A stretch of DNA of 64,000 nt from Eledone cirrhosa (taxonomy: Eukaryota), in assembly GCA_964016885.1 (NCBI GenBank), contig OZ024760.1, positions 13,702,001 through 13,766,000 of the forward strand, read 5' to 3'. A program made the translations under genes and the position numbers. The notes under the pieces were generated by a model. The model did not search any database and was not told the origin of the DNA. It was given only the letters and a program-made list of their open reading frames with translations. Numbering within the stretch: position 1 is the stretch's first letter; each line of letters opens with the position of its first letter. Of the stretch, positions 54,935 through 61,200 are shown one piece after another.

Positions 54935-57744
54935 ATTTTAGATTCTATGGAAGAAAACCCTACAGAAGATAATTCCCACCATGGTAGTGGGACATTACCT
55001 GCCAGGTAAGTCTTCCCTCTCTCCTTCTCCCTCTGGTGGTGGTAAAATGATGACCATGGCTCTAAAGGCTCATGTCATATACATACTAGATCATAGCAAC
55101 ATGAAATCACTTCTCTGTGTATTGGTGTTTTAATGACAGGGGCCCTTGTCTGAACATGTTACAGCTTACACATATGTATGTGTAGCCAGTTTCATATTTT
55201 AGATTGTATCATAGATGTACCAAGATTGTGGGCTCTGGTAGACAGGGAATGGGGAAGCACATAAGACCTTGGTAGAGGTAATCAGGGATGATCTTGAACC
55301 TGGATCAAAACCTATCCCTGGAATGAACACTCTGGAGAGATGCTTTGACATTTAAAGAAGACATTAAACCTGATGATAATGATATTTTATTGGAGGTCTC
55401 TTGGGTGTTTTAATTATAGGGGCCCTAGTCCTAACATGTTTTTACAGCTCATACCCAGTAGCTGCCCTTGTACAGAGTTGAATCTCATGGGCTTTTGTGG
55501 TGTTTTAATGACAGGGGCCCCAGTCTTATGTTGTTGTTACAGCTCACTCTTGCATTGATGTAGGCAGCCTCCTATTTTGGATAGACAGAATTGAAATTAG
55601 AATTAGATATAGCTCTGGAGTAATGACATGTTATTTCAGCCATTAACTGACACACATCTGTCAGGAACTGTATGTCTAGTAAACATTGGATGGCTCATCT
55701 TATTTTCTGTCTGTCTTGAAATTTTCTATAATCAAACATATCAAATTTGTTTACTATTTTAAGATATTCTCCTACCCCCTCTCCCACCTTCTCAAGTGCT
55801 TTGCATTGACTTTTCTTTTTGTTTCCTTCTCTGTCCATCTTGTTATTTTATCAGATCATCTAATACACATAAATTTCTCTTCTTCATTTGTAAAATCTAA
55901 TATTCTAATATGAAGTGGATTCAGTTGGCTTGTTGATTCATTTTTTTTACCTGAGCTGGCTGGTCTTACTTTCTCACTTGATCACTCTTCAATTTTTTTC
56001 CTGAACTGGCCAGTCATATTCTCTCACTTAACCACATTTACCTGGATGAACTGGTTATATTCACTAACAATATTTTCTCACACTTGACCATACTTATTAC
56101 TACTGGCTGGTCTTACTTTCCCACTTGACCACACATAACTGGGCTGGATGGTCATAATCTCTCACTGGACCACACTTGAATAGGACTAGCTGGTCATATT
56201 CTCTCACACTGATCCTATTTTCTTATACTTGACCATACTTACTAAGATTGGATGGTCTTACTTTCTCTCTTGACCACTCTGCAATTTTTTTTACCTGAAC
56301 TGGCTTGTCATATTCTTTCAAACTGACCTTATTAACTTGAGCTGGCTAACCTTACTCTCGAGGCCATATTTGCCTGGGCTAGCTGGTCATATTTACCTAG
56401 ACTGGCTGACCTTACTCTCCTACACTGACCATACATACGTTGGCTGGTTTGTTGGTCCTACTTTCTTACACAACCATATTTACCTGGACTGGCTGGTTAT
56501 ATTCTTTCACAGTGACCATATTTACTTGAGCTGGCTGGTCATAATTTCTTATGTCCCTAATAACCTTAGCTGACTGACCATATTCTCCCACACTAACCTG
56601 AGCTGCCTGACTATATTCTCCCACACTGACCTGAGCTGGTTGTTTCACTCACTGCTTGTATGAAGTTATCAAAGAGTTTCAGATATATGCACAATCTTCT
56701 GAGGTATTTTGTTTTTCTATTTTATTCTTTTATTGATTTCAGTCATTAGATAATGCCCATGCTAATGCACCACTTTCAGGAGTTTAGTAAATCATGTTGA
56801 ACCCCCAGTACTTTTAAGATTTCATGGTATCTACATCTGGATGCCCTTCCCTACAGTCAGCCATTTTGTTTTGGCTATATTTCTGACCTCATCCAACTCA
56901 CTTCATTTTCATGGCTTTATATATATATATAATGTGTGTATATATATGTAAATATGTATGTTTATATAAATATCACCATCAGCATCATTGTTTTTACATC
57001 CCTTTTCTATGCTTGCATGGGTTGGACAGGTCCATCTCAGCATGGCATCTCTCCACTTGTCACGTTCCTTCATCTCCTCTGCCAGTCTTAGTCATTTGAG
57101 GTCTACTCTCACAACTTCTGTTCAGGTCTTTCTTTGTCGTCCTCTATTGCGGTTTCCTTCCACTGGCATTTCTTCACCCATCGGTCATTCTCCATACCAA
57201 CACAGTGTATTTGTATAAATATATATATGTATGTAAATATATATATATATATATGTGTGTGTGTATGTATATATACGTATGTATATATACGTATGTATAT
57301 GTGTGTATGTATGTATGTGTATCTAGTGTGTATGTATGTATGTGTATATAGTGAATGTATGTGAAAGCTGAACAATGTTTGTCTGCTCTTTTGAAACATA
57401 TTTAAATTTTATTTACTGATTTCTCTGTTGTGTGTTTTTAGCTTTAAATATGGTTCTGAAGATGATAACTCTAGTATAACGTCTGGTTCAGGGTTTGGTG
57501 CTCAGAGTAGCCCGCATTCAGCTTCACAGAACATGGCCCAGCAACAGAGCTCCTTGCCACCGGTATCAATGCAACTCCCCGCTGTAATCAATCAACCATG
57601 CCAATATAACGTTGAAACGTATCAGTTGTTTGAACAACATGATGCTAATCGCAGAACTATTGAGAAACTCCAAGAGAAAGTACAGCGAATTATAGATGAA
57701 TTTGACCCTTACAAGGTAAGTTTGTGTTTATACATGTTGCTATA

Positions 57745-57781
<37 letters not shown>

Positions 57782-58181
57782 AAATTAGGATTGGTGCTCT
57801 AAAATAGCGATGTATACATGAATATATATATAGTATATTTGGTAATATACTGTATGTTTAATTAAAAACATTTTGAAGACCCTGCGCTATTATTTTAAAA
57901 TAGTGACTATGTCACTTCTTTTTTCAGCAAAGGAAAGGAGAGAAGCTGACAGATTCTGTTTCACACTGTTGGTGTTCCTCAGAGCAACGTACTTGCCGAC
58001 CTCTGTCGAAAATTATAGAGGCTGGATTCTTATAGGTAGGCGAGAACGTTGCTCTGAGGAACACCAACAGTGTGAAACAGAATCTGTCAGTGACATAGTC
58101 ACTACTTTAAAATAATAGCGCAAGGTCTTCAAAATGTTTTTAATTAAACATACAGTATATTACCAAATATACTATACATAC

Positions 58182-58242
<61 letters not shown>

Positions 58243-61200
58243 TAATTGAAAGTAGAAAAATCCACTTGTATTTTAACAAGGTGTTTTGAAGCTCAATATG
58301 CTATTAAGCTCAAATCATGCAGGAATCAAAATCCAGGTTGTAATCCATGGGGTATGATTCTGTTACTTGAAGATGTTGAAAAGGAAAAATGTTTATATCA
58401 AATAAATGATTGATTAATCTAAATGGTTGTAGAAATAAATGGCTTTAACTGAGTAACTACTTTAAAATGTATCAGCAATAAGAAGACCAATGGAAACATT
58501 GTTTCCCTAGTCTGATCTAACGCGTTCTAGCTACTTGGTAAGAAAATGAGATCTGAGATCTTGTTGATCATTCAAAGAATGTATATATATAAATTAATAA
58601 AAACAAAGAACAAGTTCCTTATATTAAAAAATTCATCATTTTACGATCGTTTCTAGGATATATATGTGTGTTGGTATGTATATCATATAGATCTATGTAA
58701 AAATTTTACAAACTATCAGAGGAAATATACATACCTACACATATATATGCTGTCTTCAGAAATAATTGTTTCTACTTTAGGCACAAGGCCAGCAATTACC
58801 CAGTGCATTACTGGTACTTTATTTTATCGACCCCGTAAGGATGAAAGGCAAAGTCAACCTCAGCGGGATTTGCTGTCTTCAGAAATAATGATATTTGTTT
58901 ATTGAAAAAAAACAACAAAGATTTAATATAATGGGTCTGTTTGGGAACAGATTTTGAATTGACCAATAGAAAATTAGTAAGTGGTTAAGTTGATAGAATA
59001 GTAGTAGTAGAAATTTAATTTAGGGGTAGAGGAATGCAGACTTAAGTTTTGAATGGAAAGATTACTTTGGGGATGAAAAGAGGTCAAGTCGGTGAAAGGT
59101 ACACAAAAATTTGATGTTATTAAAGAATAATGCTAATGTTAAAATCGAAGGAGAATAAAATTTTAGGGTAAATGTGTTAGTGAGAAATACCAATCTTATT
59201 TAAAACACAAGGAATTTAGATCTATAACAACAAATTAAATTGATTGATAGGTATACTTATAGGGATAAATTTATATTAATTTATATAGATGTGATAAATA
59301 AGAGTTAGATGTTATTAAAGAATGTTGTTAAAAACGAAGGAAAAAAAAAATTGGGGGATAAATGTATTAGTGAGAAATACCAAACTTATATAGACTACAA
59401 AGAATTTAGATTCATAACAGGAAATTAAAATAGGTTATATGTATACTTATAGGTATTAATTTTAGGAAAAGAAAGTTGTAAAAGGGAAATAAAATTATGA
59501 AGTTCTCTGTAGTAAAATACTAATTATAGGTTAACTAAATAAAAAAACTAATTATAATAATTTGTAAAATATAAGTGTAAGGTGTATATTAATTAAGTTT
59601 ATAATATTTGAAAGTTCTTCTAATTCTATGATTGCACGATATAATTAATTCTTGTCGCTTATTTAATAGGATATCCTTAGATTTCATTATTTCAAAAAGT
59701 TCCTGGGAACATAATCTACACTGTTATTTTGATAAGGGGTGGCCCTTTTGAGCACACTCCAGGTCAGGTTGTAATCGATACTCTTTTTTCTATAATTATT
59801 AATTATTTCGGCCAAGGATGTTGTATTAGCTAATGCGGCATTTTTAAAACTATGTTTGTGGGTATTAAATCTTACTTTAAATTGGTTAGAAGTAGCTCCT
59901 ATATATGAATAAGTGGAGTCCTTAGTGCTAATTTTACATTTATAGACTATGTTATTAATAAGACAATTTCCTTTTAATGGGCAATTTCCTTTGTTTCTAC
60001 AGTTAAACCATTCGTGAATATTATATCAGGGGAGTTAGTCAAATTTGGTGTGGAATTTACTCGACTTGTTATATGTGAAGGAGATGGTGGTTTGTTGCGG
60101 TTTATTTTAGTATTATGGTTGGTTTGATGTGTTGGTGGTATATTCGTGGTATTTTTACATTTATATGCATTGTAGGCACTTATATTTTGTTGTATATTTT
60201 TGGTAGTGGAGTAGGAAAATTTGACCGTTGATCTATTTATTATATATAGGTTTAATTAGATTAACTGATTTAGGTGTTTTAGTCTGATTATTAGGAATTT
60301 TGTTAATAATGTTATTAATGTATATTGGAGTATTAGGATGAATGGTTTTTTGAAAGTTATTATATTTTATGTGAGAAGAGGTAGAGAAATTAAGTTTTAA
60401 GTTGGTATTTTTAGGTGTAGTGTGAGTGGCATTTAGGTGTGCGGTTTTCATTTGGTGTTTGTTGGTAATATTGGGTTGTATGTTTGAAGTATTATTGGTG
60501 CAAGGTATATGGACTAATTTGTTTTTGTGGCCGCTTCTAGCTAAAGCTTCGTTATAAAAGGGCGCATTTTTATCGAATACATCCTGGTTAGATGAAATGT
60601 TAGAAATTCTGAGTGAGATATTATATGGTAGGTTTTTAAGGATAGATCACTCTGAATTGTGAGTGTATGTAATGTAAGTTTTGGTTTGGTTTACGGTAAG
60701 GTTGGTAGATACCCGTACATAAGTCTAAAGTTATATCAAGGAAATTAACTACTTTACTGATGTTTTCAAATGTAATAGTGAGACTATAATAGTCTTTGAG
60801 GAAAGTTCTAATAAGTTTTTTTATTTTTTTCAATTTTTGATAGGCTAAGGTTAGTGGAAAGAAGACAGTCATCACGATATAAACCACCTTTAAGGTGGGG
60901 AAAAGAAGCATTTATGTTAAATAGAAGAAAGAGGCCCACAAGATCAGTAATTTGGGCAGAATCACTAGAACCCATAGTAATGTCGAATAGATTACTATAT
61001 GTATTTCTGGTCCAGTATTCCTTCTGAAATTCCAGTAGTGTTTGTCTAGCGTGTGTGATAATATTATTGTCATCCATAGTTAAGTTTGATCTATTTTTGG
61101 CAAATATCAAGGCTTTGTTCAGGAGTATGGGTGATATAGAGGGATAATAAGCATCTATATCGAATTGTAGAAATGAAGCAGATGATTTATTTCTAATATT

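Larger units (their letters stand above)
57829..58176. repeat. ~350-bp foldback element (outer arms 57829-57916 / 58089-58176; inner arms 57946-57990 / 58046-58090) between (TA)n tracts
   Basis: Direct reverse-complement comparison. The inner 45-bp arms are perfect and the outer arms have about 2 mismatches. Confidence 0.92.

Noticed and set aside
59600-60010. Possible selenocysteine (UGA) recoding, as reported for some Naiad elements
   Set aside because: The Cys positions I could read in the GIY-YIG region are TGT/TGC. The disruptions are frameshifts, and I saw no SECIS.
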